This document shows positions 38,530-47,117 of a DNA stretch of 64,000 nt, one piece after another. Location: positions 2,390,624 through 2,454,623 of the forward strand of contig CAWGCS010000001.1 in assembly GCA_963821235.1 (NCBI GenBank), in the 5' to 3' direction. Made by a program: the position numbers and the translations under genes. How positions within the stretch are numbered: the stretch's first letter is position 1; every line of letters starts with the position of its first letter. Under the pieces are notes generated by a model. The model had not been told where the DNA came from. It worked only from the letters and a program-made list of their open reading frames with translations, and did not search any database. The DNA comes from an uncultured Chloroflexia bacterium. GTDB taxonomy: Bacteria > Chloroflexota > Limnocylindria > Limnocylindrales > CSP1-4.

Positions 38530-41202
38530 GTGCCGACCCGCGACCCCTTCGGCGCCCGAGCCAGCCTCGGCGCCGGGCTTCCCGACCTCTTCCGCCTCGC
38601 GGCGCTCGACGGCGGAGGGGACCTCGGCAGGATGCCCGTCACGGTCAAGATCCTCCTCGAGAACGTCCTCCGCCACGCCGGCCGCGGCATCGTCGGCGAG
38701 GCCGACGTCCGGACCCTGGCCGGCTGGCGGCCGGCGTCCGGCGCCACGGCGGAGGTCCCCTTCCTGCCGTCCCGGGTGATCCTCCAGGACTTCACTGGCG
38801 TGCCCGCCGTCGTCGACCTGGCCGCCATGCGCGACGCGATGGCCGCCCTGGGCGGCGATCCGGCCCGGGTCAACCCGCTGGTGCCGGCCGACCTCGTCAT
38901 CGACCACTCCGTGCAGGTCGACCGCTACGGGACGGCCGACGCCTTCGCCTTCAACGTCGCCCGCGAGTACGAGCGCAACGGCGAGCGCTACCAGCTCCTG
39001 CGCTGGGCGCAGCGCGCCTTTCGCGGCCTGCGGGTCGTCCCCCCGGGCACCGGCATCGTCCACCAGGTCAACCTGGAGTTCCTGGCCACGGTCGTCGCGA
39101 CCGGCGACCTCGAGGGCACCCCGGTCGCCTTCCCGGACACGCTCGTCGGCACCGATTCCCACACCACGATGGTCAACGGCCTCGGCGTCCTGGGCTTCGG
39201 TGTCGGCGGGATCGAGGCGGAGGCCGTCCTCCTCGGCCAGCCGCTCTACCAGCCGATGCCGCGCGTCGTCGGCGTCCACCTTTCGGGCGAGCTCCCCCGC
39301 GGCGCGACGGCGACCGACCTCGTCCTCGTCGTGACGGAGCGGCTCCGGAAGCTCGGCGTCGTCGGCAGCTTCGTCGAGTTCGCCGGCGACGGGCTGGCCG
39401 GCCTCTCGCTCCCCGACCGGGCCACGATCAGCAACATGAGCCCCGAGTTCGGGGCGACCGCCACCCTCTTCCCCATCGACGGCGAGACCCTCGCCTACCT
39501 CCGCCTGACCGGCCGGCCGGCCGGCCTCGTCGGCCTCGTCGAGCGCTACGCCAAGGAGCAGGGAATGTGGCGGGAGCCGGGGGCCGGGCCCGACTTCGAC
39601 GACCTCGTCGAGCTCGACCTCGGGGACGTCGAGCCCAGCCTCGCCGGACCCCGGCGGCCGCAGGACCGGGTCGCCCTCCCGGCCACCCGGGCCAGCTTCG
39701 ACGCGGCGTTCCCCGGCCTCCTGCCGCCCGCCGGGACGGCACCGGCGGCCGACGGGGACGTGCGAACCGGATCGGTCGTCATCGCCGCCATCACCTCCTG
39801 CACGAACACCTCCAACCCTACCGTCATGGTCGGCGCCGGGCTGCTCGCCAGGAAGGCCGTCGAGCAAGGGCTGCGGGTCTCCTCGACCGTCAAGACCTCG
39901 CTGGCGCCGGGCTCCAAGGCCGTCACGACCTACCTGGAGCGGGCCGGGCTCCTGGATCCCCTGGCAACCCTCGGCTTCACGCTCGCCGGCTACGGATGCA
40001 CGACCTGCATCGGCAACTCCGGCCCCCTCGACGAGGCGGTCGCCCGCCAGATCGAGGACGAGGGGCTTGTGGCCACGGCCGTGCTCTCCGGCAACCGCAA
40101 CTTCGAAGGCCGCATCCATCCCCTCGCCCGGGCCAGCTACCTCGCCTCGCCCCCGCTCGTCGTCGCCTTCGCCCTCGCCGGGCGGATCGACGTCGACCTC
40201 TCGCGCGAGCCGCTGGGCATCGCCGACGACGGCCGGCCCGTCTTCCTGGCCGACGTCTGGCCGACCCCGGAGGAGGTCCGCGAGGCGATCGACGGCGCCG
40301 TCGACGGCGAGCTGTTCCGGACGACCTACGCCTCGGTCTTCGAGGGCGACGAGCGCTGGCGGGCGCTCCCCATCCCCGACGGCGACCGCTACGCCTGGGA
40401 CCCGGCCTCGACCTACGTGGCCAGCCCGCCCTTCTTCGCCGGGATGGGCCTGGAGCCGGAGCCGCTCACCGACATCGAGGGCGCCCGCGTCCTGGCCTGG
40501 CTGGGCGACTCGGTGACCACCGACCACATCTCCCCCGCCGGCTCCATCCCCGCCTGGGCCCCGGCCGGGGGATGGCTCCAGGAGCGCGGTGTGGGGCCGC
40601 TCGACTTCAACTCGTTCGGCGCCCGGCGCGGCCACCACGAGGTCATGATGCGGGGCACGTTCGGCAACATCCGGCTCCGCAACCGCCTCGTCGAAGGCAA
40701 GGAGGGGCCGTACACGCGGCTGCTCCCCTCGGGCGAGGAGGCCTTCCTGTACGACGCCGCGATGGCCTACCGGGCGGCCGGGGTGCCGACCATCGTCCTG
40801 GCGGGCCGAGAGTACGGCTCCGGGTCGTCGCGGGACTGGGCGGCCAAGGGGCCGCGGCTGCTGGGGATCCGGGCGGTCATCGCCGAGAGCTTCGAGCGCA
40901 TCCACCGCTCCAACCTTGTCGGGATGGGCGTCCTGCCGCTCCAGCTCCTCGTTGGCGAGACCGCCTCGTCCCTTGGGCTGACCGGGCGCGAGCGCTACGC
41001 CGTGGCCGGCATCGCCGCCGGCCTCGCGCCCCGGACGCGGCTCACGGTCGTGGCGACCGCCGACGCGGCGGACGGCGGCGGGGAGCGACGCTTCACCGTG
41101 GAGTGCCGCCTCGACGGCACGATCGAGGTGGACTACTACCGCCAGGGCGGGATCCTGCCGGCGGTCCTGCGCCGGATCGCCCGCGAGAGCGGGGCCCGCT
41201 GA
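38530..41202 (+). CDS. acnA: aconitate hydratase A
   Basis: ILLENVLRH, VILQDFTGVPAVVDLAAMRDA, the Fe-S ligand region CTNTSNP and CTTCIGNSG. GTG 38530 preceded by GAGGA. Confidence 0.95.
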   Translation: MPTRDPFGARASLGAGLPDLFRLAALDGGGDLGRMPVTVKILLENVLRHAGRGIVGEADVRTLAGWRPASGATAEVPFLPSRVILQDFTGVPAVVDLAAMRDAMAALGGDPARVNPLVPADLVIDHSVQVDRYGTADAFAFNVAREYERNGERYQLLRWAQRAFRGLRVVPPGTGIVHQVNLEFLATVVATGDLEGTPVAFPDTLVGTDSHTTMVNGLGVLGFGVGGIEAEAVLLGQPLYQPMPRVVGVHLSGELPRGATATDLVLVVTERLRKLGVVGSFVEFAGDGLAGLSLPDRATISNMSPEFGATATLFPIDGETLAYLRLTGRPAGLVGLVERYAKEQGMWREPGAGPDFDDLVELDLGDVEPSLAGPRRPQDRVALPATRASFDAAFPGLLPPAGTAPAADGDVRTGSVVIAAITSCTNTSNPTVMVGAGLLARKAVEQGLRVSSTVKTSLAPGSKAVTTYLERAGLLDPLATLGFTLAGYGCTTCIGNSGPLDEAVARQIEDEGLVATAVLSGNRNFEGRIHPLARASYLASPPLVVAFALAGRIDVDLSREPLGIADDGRPVFLADVWPTPEEVREAIDGAVDGELFRTTYASVFEGDERWRALPIPDGDRYAWDPASTYVASPPFFAGMGLEPEPLTDIEGARVLAWLGDSVTTDHISPAGSIPAWAPAGGWLQERGVGPLDFNSFGARRGHHEVMMRGTFGNIRLRNRLVEGKEGPYTRLLPSGEEAFLYDAAMAYRAAGVPTIVLAGREYGSGSSRDWAAKGPRLLGIRAVIAESFERIHRSNLVGMGVLPLQLLVGETASSLGLTGRERYAVAGIAAGLAPRTRLTVVATADAADGGGERRFTVECRLDGTIEVDYYRQGGILPAVLRRIARESGAR

Positions 41203-41364
41203 CCGGCAGCGCGGCCTCGGGTCGCCAGCGCGATCAGGCCCGGCGGGCCGTCCAGCGGCTGTCGTCGTGCCCGACCCGCATGGGCAGGCCGTATGCCGCC
41301 GCCGGCACATGAGCAGCGGACGTCGCCGTCACCCGGCCGCTCGGTGCCGCGTCTACCACGCACG

Positions 41365-42300
41365 ATGAGCGACGAGCCCCGACCGCCGGTCCGCCGCCGC
41401 GCGCCGCCACGCCCGCGGGCGACGCCTGGCGACACGCTGTTCGGGGTCGGCGTGGCGGTGCTCTTCCTGGCCCTCGCCGGCGCGCTGCTCGCCACGACCG
41501 GCGGGCCCCTCCTCCTGGCCCAGCTGGGCCTCGGATCGGGCTCCGCCGCCCCGACGGCCCCGCTTCGCGGGGCCACGCCAGGGCCGGGCACTCCAGGGAC
41601 GACGGCCCGCCCCCTCGCAACGCCCGCCTCGTCCCTGTCGCCCGGGCCGACCCCTGCCGCATCGGGGGAGGCGCCGTCGTCCCCCGAGCCGTTCACGACC
41701 AACCTCTACCTCGACGGCGTATTCGTCCACCAGGTCGACAAGGAGGCCTGCGTCGCGGCGGCCGCCCAGAACATGCTGAACGTCATCCGCCTCGTCGAGG
41801 AGGGCCGGGAGCCGGACACCGGCGAGGCGACGCAGCGCGCCATCTACGACCGCATCGTCGGGCTCACCACGTGGGACGATTCGCACAACGGCGGGACCGG
41901 GCCCGGTGGCTGGGCGGCGCTCCTGACGGAGGAGGGCTACCCGTACGAGGTTCGCGTCTACGACTCGCGCCTGGCCGCCATGCGAGCCGCCGCCTCCGCC
42001 CTGCGGGCGACGGGGCGCCCGGTGGGGATCCTCGCCTGGGCCGGCGTCCACTCCTGGGTGCTGACCGGCTTCACGGCGACCGCGGACCCGGCCACCGCCC
42101 GGATGTTCACGGTCACCACGGCCTACGTCCTCGACCCCTGGTACCCCTGGGTCTCCACGCGCTGGCCGCGCTCCGAGGCCCCCAACGTCCCGCGCGACCA
42201 GAAGGACCTCGTCGCCAACGTCCTGCCCTGGAAGCTGGCGTCGGGCCCGTACGAGGGCCGCGACGGGAAGTTCCTGCTGGTGGCGCCGGTCGGGGGCTGA
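41365..42300 (+). CDS. membrane-anchored papain-like (C39-like) cysteine peptidase fold protein
   Basis: N-terminal TM segment and a Pro/Ala/Thr linker. Then QVDKEACVAAAAQNMLN (candidate Cys), GVHSWVLTG (candidate His) and YVLDPWYP. Assigned by resemblance only. Confidence 0.55.
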   Translation: MSDEPRPPVRRRAPPRPRATPGDTLFGVGVAVLFLALAGALLATTGGPLLLAQLGLGSGSAAPTAPLRGATPGPGTPGTTARPLATPASSLSPGPTPAASGEAPSSPEPFTTNLYLDGVFVHQVDKEACVAAAAQNMLNVIRLVEEGREPDTGEATQRAIYDRIVGLTTWDDSHNGGTGPGGWAALLTEEGYPYEVRVYDSRLAAMRAAASALRATGRPVGILAWAGVHSWVLTGFTATADPATARMFTVTTAYVLDPWYPWVSTRWPRSEAPNVPRDQKDLVANVLPWKLASGPYEGRDGKFLLVAPVGG

Positions 42301-42313
42301 CCGGCCCGGGGGG

Positions 42314-42754
42314 TCACGCCTCGGCCAGGACCTTGAGCTTGGCCAGCATCTCCCGGACGTGCCCCGCCGAGCTGCGCTGCGCGACCGTGCCGATCAGCCT
42401 GCCGACGACCCCGTAGGGCAGCTCGACGTGCTCCTCGAAGGTGAAGCGGGAGCCCGCCGGGACCGGCTCGACCGTCCAGCTCTGGTCGTAGCCCTTGACT
42501 CCCGTCCCCGAGACCATGTGGAGCGAGAGGGCCCGGTTCTCCACCCACTCGGTGATGAGGAAGTGGAGCTTCATGAGCGTGCCCGATGCCTTCTCCTCCG
42601 CGTAGATCCGGGCACCGCGGCGGGGCTGCCCGGCGTCCTCGTACTCGAACCTCCGGAGCGTCGGGTACCACTTCATGACGCTGCCCGGCTCGACGAGGAG
42701 CGGCCAGATCCGCTCCGGCGGCGCGGCGATGTCGACGGACTGACGAACCTGCAT
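42314..42754 (-). CDS. SRPBCC (polyketide cyclase/START-like) family protein
   Basis: 146 aa: MQVRQSVDIAAPPERIWPLLVEPGSVMKWYP, typical of the family. ATG 42754 preceded by GGGAGG. Confidence 0.8.
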   Translation of the reverse strand: MQVRQSVDIAAPPERIWPLLVEPGSVMKWYPTLRRFEYEDAGQPRRGARIYAEEKASGTLMKLHFLITEWVENRALSLHMVSGTGVKGYDQSWTVEPVPAGSRFTFEEHVELPYGVVGRLIGTVAQRSSAGHVREMLAKLKVLAEA

Positions 42755-42891
42755 CTCGACTGCCTCCCTGCTGCGCGAGCCCATCGAACGTGAGGATGCC
42801 GTCGCCCTCGTCGAACGTGCCGAGCGAGGGGAGCGGATTCGGCACCACGGGCTGCGCCGTGGGGCACCCGGAGCCAGGGGGTGCAGTGGCC

Positions 42892-43020
42892 CCCGCGGGT
42901 CGGTCTCGCCAGTGGCTCGGCGCGGTCCCGGCGGCCGGGGTGTGGGCCGCGCGTCAGAGCCTCCCACCGACCCGAGAGGCTAGCCGGCAGACCCGCCCCT
43001 GGCGAGAGGCCAACGGCCCC
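42892..43020 (-). repeat. conserved intergenic element, copy A
   Basis: A 26-nt perfect block (42892..42917) plus about 74 nt at roughly 90 percent identity to the reverse complement of 45311..45383. A 22-nt perfect block (42999..43020) shared with 53252..53273. Contains an internal GC hairpin. Confidence 0.8.
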
Positions 43021-43211
43021 TCAGGGCCAGACGATCGCGCCGCTTCGCCTCCCGCGTGCGCTCCGTGGCGGCGTCGCCGCCGAGCGTCGTCACAGCGGAA
43101 GGAGGCCAGCTGCGTGGCGTAGATCCCCACGCCGCCGCCGGCCCCGACGATCACCACAGCAGCGCCTGCGAGCGACGCTCGGCGCGATCGCCGCCCGAGA
43201 CGTTCGGCCCG

Positions 43212-43832
43212 TCAGGGCACGGAGTGCAGGCCCGGCCGTCGGCCGGCACCGCGTCCGCGGCCCGTTCGATGCAGACGCACGAGCAGCAGCGCGGCGAGGA
43301 TGCCCACCGCCAGGGCGTAGGCGAAGGCCTCGGGCGCCGGTGGGCCGCCCGGATGCGCCAGGTAGGCATGCGCGACCGCGCTCGCGAAGCCGACGTAGGC
43401 GAGCTTGTGGATGGCCATCCAGCGTGGGCCGGCCACCGGCACGCGGCGCACGGAGCCGATCGGCTGGTCCGACGCAGCACCGCGCAGGCGCCGACCCAGC
43501 CTGCGCCGGAGCGTCCAGCTCGCGCCGGCCGCGACCATCGTCGCCAGGCCGAGCAATCCCAGCACGATCCAGCGATGGTCGCCCGCGGCCAGGCCGGGCG
43601 CGACGACCCCTGATCGATCCAGGCCCGGGTCGTGGGCGAGGACCACGGACGCCACGTGGAGGCCGGCCAGGCAGAGCCCACCCACCGCCGCGGCCCGATG
43701 GATCCGGAAGACGCGCGCTCGCCAGCCTACTGGCGCCAGGCCATCCGCCAGCACCTCGCCGGTGACGACCGCACACGCGAAGACCGCCAGCGCCGGGACG
43801 GCGAGCACGCCCGTACCGACCGGCTCCAGCAT
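43212..43832 (-). CDS. ferric-reductase-like / MsrQ-like heme b membrane protein
   Basis: Polytopic, with paired His helices (RIHRAAAVGGLCLAGLHV and MAIHKLAYVGFASAVAHAYL). Divergent from the TetR gene. Confidence 0.65.
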   Translation of the reverse strand: MLEPVGTGVLAVPALAVFACAVVTGEVLADGLAPVGWRARVFRIHRAAAVGGLCLAGLHVASVVLAHDPGLDRSGVVAPGLAAGDHRWIVLGLLGLATMVAAGASWTLRRRLGRRLRGAASDQPIGSVRRVPVAGPRWMAIHKLAYVGFASAVAHAYLAHPGGPPAPEAFAYALAVGILAALLLVRLHRTGRGRGAGRRPGLHSVP

Positions 43833-43882
43833 GGCTTGCCTCCCCGCGCCGCCTGGGCGCAGCTCCGGACCCGGGACGCACT

Positions 43883-43912
43883 GACCGACGGTCATTGTAA
43901 TGACCCGCGGTC
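43883..43912. promoter_or_regulatory. palindromic operator candidate in the TetR / membrane-protein divergent region
   Basis: GACCGAC-GGTCATT-GT-AATGACC-CGCGGTC. The core is a 7-bp perfect inverted repeat with a 2-nt spacer, AT-rich relative to its surroundings. Confidence 0.5.
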
Positions 43913-43940
43913 AACGGCGCCACCTGCGACAATCGCGCTG

Positions 43941-44567
43941 ATGGCCCGTCCCGCACGACCCGTGGACCATGGAGCTCCGCTGCGGCGGGTGATCCGACCC
44001 CCGGAGGTCCGGCGCGCCCAGCTGCTCGATGCCGCGATGGCCCTGTTCAGCGAGGCGGGAGTCGCCCCGGTCTCGGTCGCGGACATCACGACACGGGCCG
44101 GCGTGGCGAAGGGCACGTTCTACCTATACTTCGCGTCGCGCGAGGACCTGCTGGAGGCGCTCCGCATCCGGGTCGCCGAGGCGGCCTCGGCGCACCTCGC
44201 TTCCCTGGCCCTCCCCACCGATGCGGCCGGATGGCCGGCCTACCTCGACCAGCTGACCGATGCCGCGATCTCGTTCCTCTGCGAACACTGGTCGATCCAC
44301 GAGGTCCTCGCTCACCGTCCGCACGAGCACGTCGCGGGTCGCGGCGAGATGAAGGTGGTCGACGAGCATCGCGCCCACCTGCGGGCGATCATGGAAGCCG
44401 GGGTGACCGCCGGCGCCATCTGGTGCGACGATCCGTCGATCGGAGCCGACCTGCTCTACGAGCTGCTCCACGCGGCCGGCCACCGCGCCTGCGGGCACGA
44501 GTCGGATGCCGCTGCTGTCGCGGCCGTGGCGCGTCAGATGGTTCGCGGGGCCCTGCTGGCGCAGTGA
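43941..44567 (+). CDS. TetR family transcriptional regulator
   Basis: HTH LLDAAMALFSEAGVAPVSVADITTRAGVAKGTFYLYFASRE. ATG 43941 has no Shine-Dalgarno sequence and sits 7 nt after GACAAT, so it may be leaderless. Confidence 0.9.
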   Translation: MARPARPVDHGAPLRRVIRPPEVRRAQLLDAAMALFSEAGVAPVSVADITTRAGVAKGTFYLYFASREDLLEALRIRVAEAASAHLASLALPTDAAGWPAYLDQLTDAAISFLCEHWSIHEVLAHRPHEHVAGRGEMKVVDEHRAHLRAIMEAGVTAGAIWCDDPSIGADLLYELLHAAGHRACGHESDAAAVAAVARQMVRGALLAQ

Positions 44568-44580
44568 CCTCAACCGGCGC

Positions 44581-44973
44581 TCAGCTGGGCTCGGACCCCA
44601 GCCAGTCGGTCCAGGCGGCGATCGGCCGCGGGCCGGCAGGGTGCAGCTCGAGCCAGCGGACGGCGTAGGCGAGGTCGAGCGGCGCCGCGGCGGCGGCGGG
44701 GTCCGCCAGGCGTCGGGCGGCTTCTCGCGCGAACGACGCGGCGAGCGTCTCACGGCGCCGGATCGGCCCCAGCTGGGCCCGGATCTCGTCGACGGCGCTG
44801 CCGAAGGCGGGACGGCGCCAGCCCGGCGCCACGGCCCCGGTCTCCACCGCGCGGAGGAGCTCGGCGGCACGCAGGGCGAGCACGGATACGGTGGGCTCGT
44901 CGGAGCCGGCCGCCGCGCGACGGAGCCGGTGGCGACGGAAGGCAGCGAGGCCGGGCGGCGGTGCGGCGGTCAC
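44581..44973 (-). CDS. hypothetical protein (130 aa)
   Basis: Uniform GC3-rich frame. No family recognised. Confidence 0.5.
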   Translation of the reverse strand: MTAAPPPGLAAFRRHRLRRAAAGSDEPTVSVLALRAAELLRAVETGAVAPGWRRPAFGSAVDEIRAQLGPIRRRETLAASFAREAARRLADPAAAAAPLDLAYAVRWLELHPAGPRPIAAWTDWLGSEPS

Positions 44974-45310
44974 GCCGTCGATGCTCGACCCGTCGCGTGA
45001 ATGCCGTGTGGTCGCCGCGTTAACGTCCCGTTTCGCGGTGGCCGGGCCGTCCGCGCCGATGCCTGGATCGATCCGATCTCACGAGGGAGGGCCTGCACGC
45101 CCGGCAGCGGCCCCCGTCGGCGCGATCTGGCCAATCCCAAAAGGGATCGCCGTCGGCGTGCGGAGCGGGGGCCACGACGATTCTACCCCTCCACCCAAAC
45201 CGGATCTCCCGTTCAGCCGGCTACGTCTGCCGAACACGATGAAGCGACGCGTCGTGACCGACGGCACTTCTCCTCACCGGCCCCCCGGCACACACTTGCC
45301 CGACCCACAC

Positions 45311-45383
45311 GGGAGGCTTTGACGCGCGGCCCGCACACGGCCGCCGGGACCGCGCCAAGCCACTGGCGAGACCGACCCGCGGG
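45311..45383 (+). repeat. conserved intergenic element, copy B (inverted relative to copy A)
   Basis: The reverse complement matches 42892..42968 with a few mismatches and indels. Ends 10 nt before the AGGAGG RBS of the gene starting at 45408. Confidence 0.8.
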
Positions 45384-45407
45384 ATGAGTCCCTAGGAGGG
45401 CATCTCC

Positions 45408-45764
45408 GTGGCCGAGTTCGGGTTGTTCATCGGCTGGGGCTCGCCGCGCGCCGGCAAGGAAGCCGCGGCGAGCAAGGTGTTCGAGGAGGCAGTCGCCTAC
45501 TGGAGCGCGCTCCAGGCGGCGGGCGAGATCGAGAGCGTCGAGTACGTGCTCCTCGCCTCCCACGGCGGCGACTTGGGCGGCTTCGCGCTGCTGCGCGGCG
45601 AGCCGGACAAGCTGGGCCGCCTCCGTGGGGCGCCGGAGTTCGAGCGCCTGACCATGCGGGCGGGTGTCTGCCTCGATCGCGTCGGCGTCGTCAGCGCCGC
45701 CGTCGATGCCGGGGTCACCCGCGAGATGGGCGCGTGGAACGAGGCGATCGCCGACCTCATCTGA
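45408..45764 (+). CDS. hypothetical protein (118 aa)
   Basis: GTG start with AGGAGG 8 nt upstream. GC3-rich frame. No family recognised. Confidence 0.65.
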   Translation: MAEFGLFIGWGSPRAGKEAAASKVFEEAVAYWSALQAAGEIESVEYVLLASHGGDLGGFALLRGEPDKLGRLRGAPEFERLTMRAGVCLDRVGVVSAAVDAGVTREMGAWNEAIADLI

Positions 45765-45805
45765 CGAGGCGATCTCGATCGGGTCATCCAGCGCCGCCGG
45801 GCTAC

Positions 45806-45830
45806 GGGAGGCCCGCTCAGCGGGCCTCCC
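45806..45830 (+). terminator. GC hairpin after the 118-aa gene
   Basis: GGGAGGCCCGC-TCA-GCGGGCCTCCC: a perfect 11-bp stem with no U tract. Confidence 0.45.
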
Positions 45831-45871
45831 CTCACGGAACGTGTCCCCGAATCGTCGCGGAGGGCACCGCC

Positions 45872-46450
45872 GTGACGCTGGACCCGCACGCATCGCCGCT
45901 CACCGATGGCGTCGTGCTGCTGGATCGCTTCACCGACGCCGACGTCGATGCGCTGTGGGCCGGGGAGGACAACGGCTTCGCGCGCCGGACTGGTCGTCCA
46001 GGCCCGTTCACGAGGCGAGACATCGCGGATCAGATCAGGCATTGGCAGGAGCCCTGGCAACGCGGCGGACCCGGGCGATCATTCGCCGTCCGCGAGACAG
46101 GGACGCGACGGCTGGTGGGCGGCTGCGTGCTCGAGGTCCGTCCAGGAGATGGCGAGATCGCCGAGCTCTCGTACTGGGTCTTCCCGCCCTACCGGCGTCG
46201 CGGGTACGCGACTCGCGCGGTCGAGCTGGCGTGCGGGTACGCGTTCGACTGCCTGGGCATCGGGCGGGTGGAGCTGTCTATCGAGCCGTCGAACGACGCC
46301 TCGCTCCGCGTGGCAGCAAGGGCGGGCTTCCTGCGGGAGGGCGTCCTCCGTCGGCACGATCGCTGCCAGCGCGGACGTCAGGAGATGGTGCTCTTCTCGC
46401 GTCTCCGCCCTGGTGGCCTGCGGTCGCGACCACCGGGCGCCGGGGCCTAG
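45872..46450 (+). CDS. GNAT family N-acetyltransferase (RimJ/RimL-like)
   Basis: ELSYWVFPPYRRRGYATRAVELACGYAF...GIGRVELSIEPSNDASLRVAARAGF. GTG 45872 preceded by GGAGGG. Confidence 0.85.
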   Translation: MTLDPHASPLTDGVVLLDRFTDADVDALWAGEDNGFARRTGRPGPFTRRDIADQIRHWQEPWQRGGPGRSFAVRETGTRRLVGGCVLEVRPGDGEIAELSYWVFPPYRRRGYATRAVELACGYAFDCLGIGRVELSIEPSNDASLRVAARAGFLREGVLRRHDRCQRGRQEMVLFSRLRPGGLRSRPPGAGA

Positions 46451-46498
46451 CCGAGCCCAGCGGCGGCCCTGTGGCAGGGTCGTGATCAGGGCCGGCCC

Positions 46499-46942
46499 TC
46501 ATCCACGACGAACGGCCCGTTCGATGGCGTCGCCGTGGTCGGTCCGGTGCCGGTGGCGCTCCACCAGGCGAGGCAGGCCCGCCGACCGGATGCGATCCAC
46601 GACGGACGGATCGAGCGATTCGATGAACGCGTCGACCTCGCTCGAAGCTTCAGCGAACAGCTGGATCGCGGCGCCACCCCCGATGAGCCGCCATCCGTGA
46701 AGGCCGGCGTCGTTGATCGCGTCGATCGCCTCGGACGGGAGGGGGGCGGGCACGTCTCCGCCCGCGCTCAGCGCCGCCCGCAGACGTCCGACGTGGGCAC
46801 GGTCCCAGAACGCCAGGTGCGCGAGCTCGGCGCCGATGGTCCATCCGTCGTCGGACGGGACCGCCATCTGCGCGTCGGTCAGCTGGCCCACCAGCGACAG
46901 GATGCGGTCGCGGGCGGCCGCGTTGTCGGCGACATGACTCAT
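46499..46942 (-). CDS. DinB-superfamily (mycothiol maleylpyruvate isomerase N-terminal-like) protein
   Basis: 147 aa: WTIGAELAHLAFWDRAHVGRL helical-bundle pattern. Start at ATG 46942. Confidence 0.7.
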   Translation of the reverse strand: MSHVADNAAARDRILSLVGQLTDAQMAVPSDDGWTIGAELAHLAFWDRAHVGRLRAALSAGGDVPAPLPSEAIDAINDAGLHGWRLIGGGAAIQLFAEASSEVDAFIESLDPSVVDRIRSAGLPRLVERHRHRTDHGDAIERAVRRG

Positions 46943-47117
46943 GCCGGGCCCTTCCCTTTCGTGGGTGGATGCGTTCACCTCATCAAGGATGCACGCGCTT
47001 GACCTCAGGTGCCTGACCGCCACGACCCTCTCGCAGCCAACCTCGGCCGCCGGGTGGCCTAGAGTGGCGGCGGGACGTCGCCGACCCGGCGACCGCCCCG
47101 GGAAAGGAAGGACTGCC

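Noticed and set aside
43090-43157. Minus-strand peptide ...AGAAVVIVGAGGGVGIYATQLAS, resembling the NAD(P)-binding loop of zinc-type alcohol dehydrogenase / quinone oxidoreductase genes. Possibly a gene remnant next to repeat copy A.
   Set aside because: Only about 20 residues of similarity, with no flanking homology that I can see. Too short to call a pseudogene without a database search.
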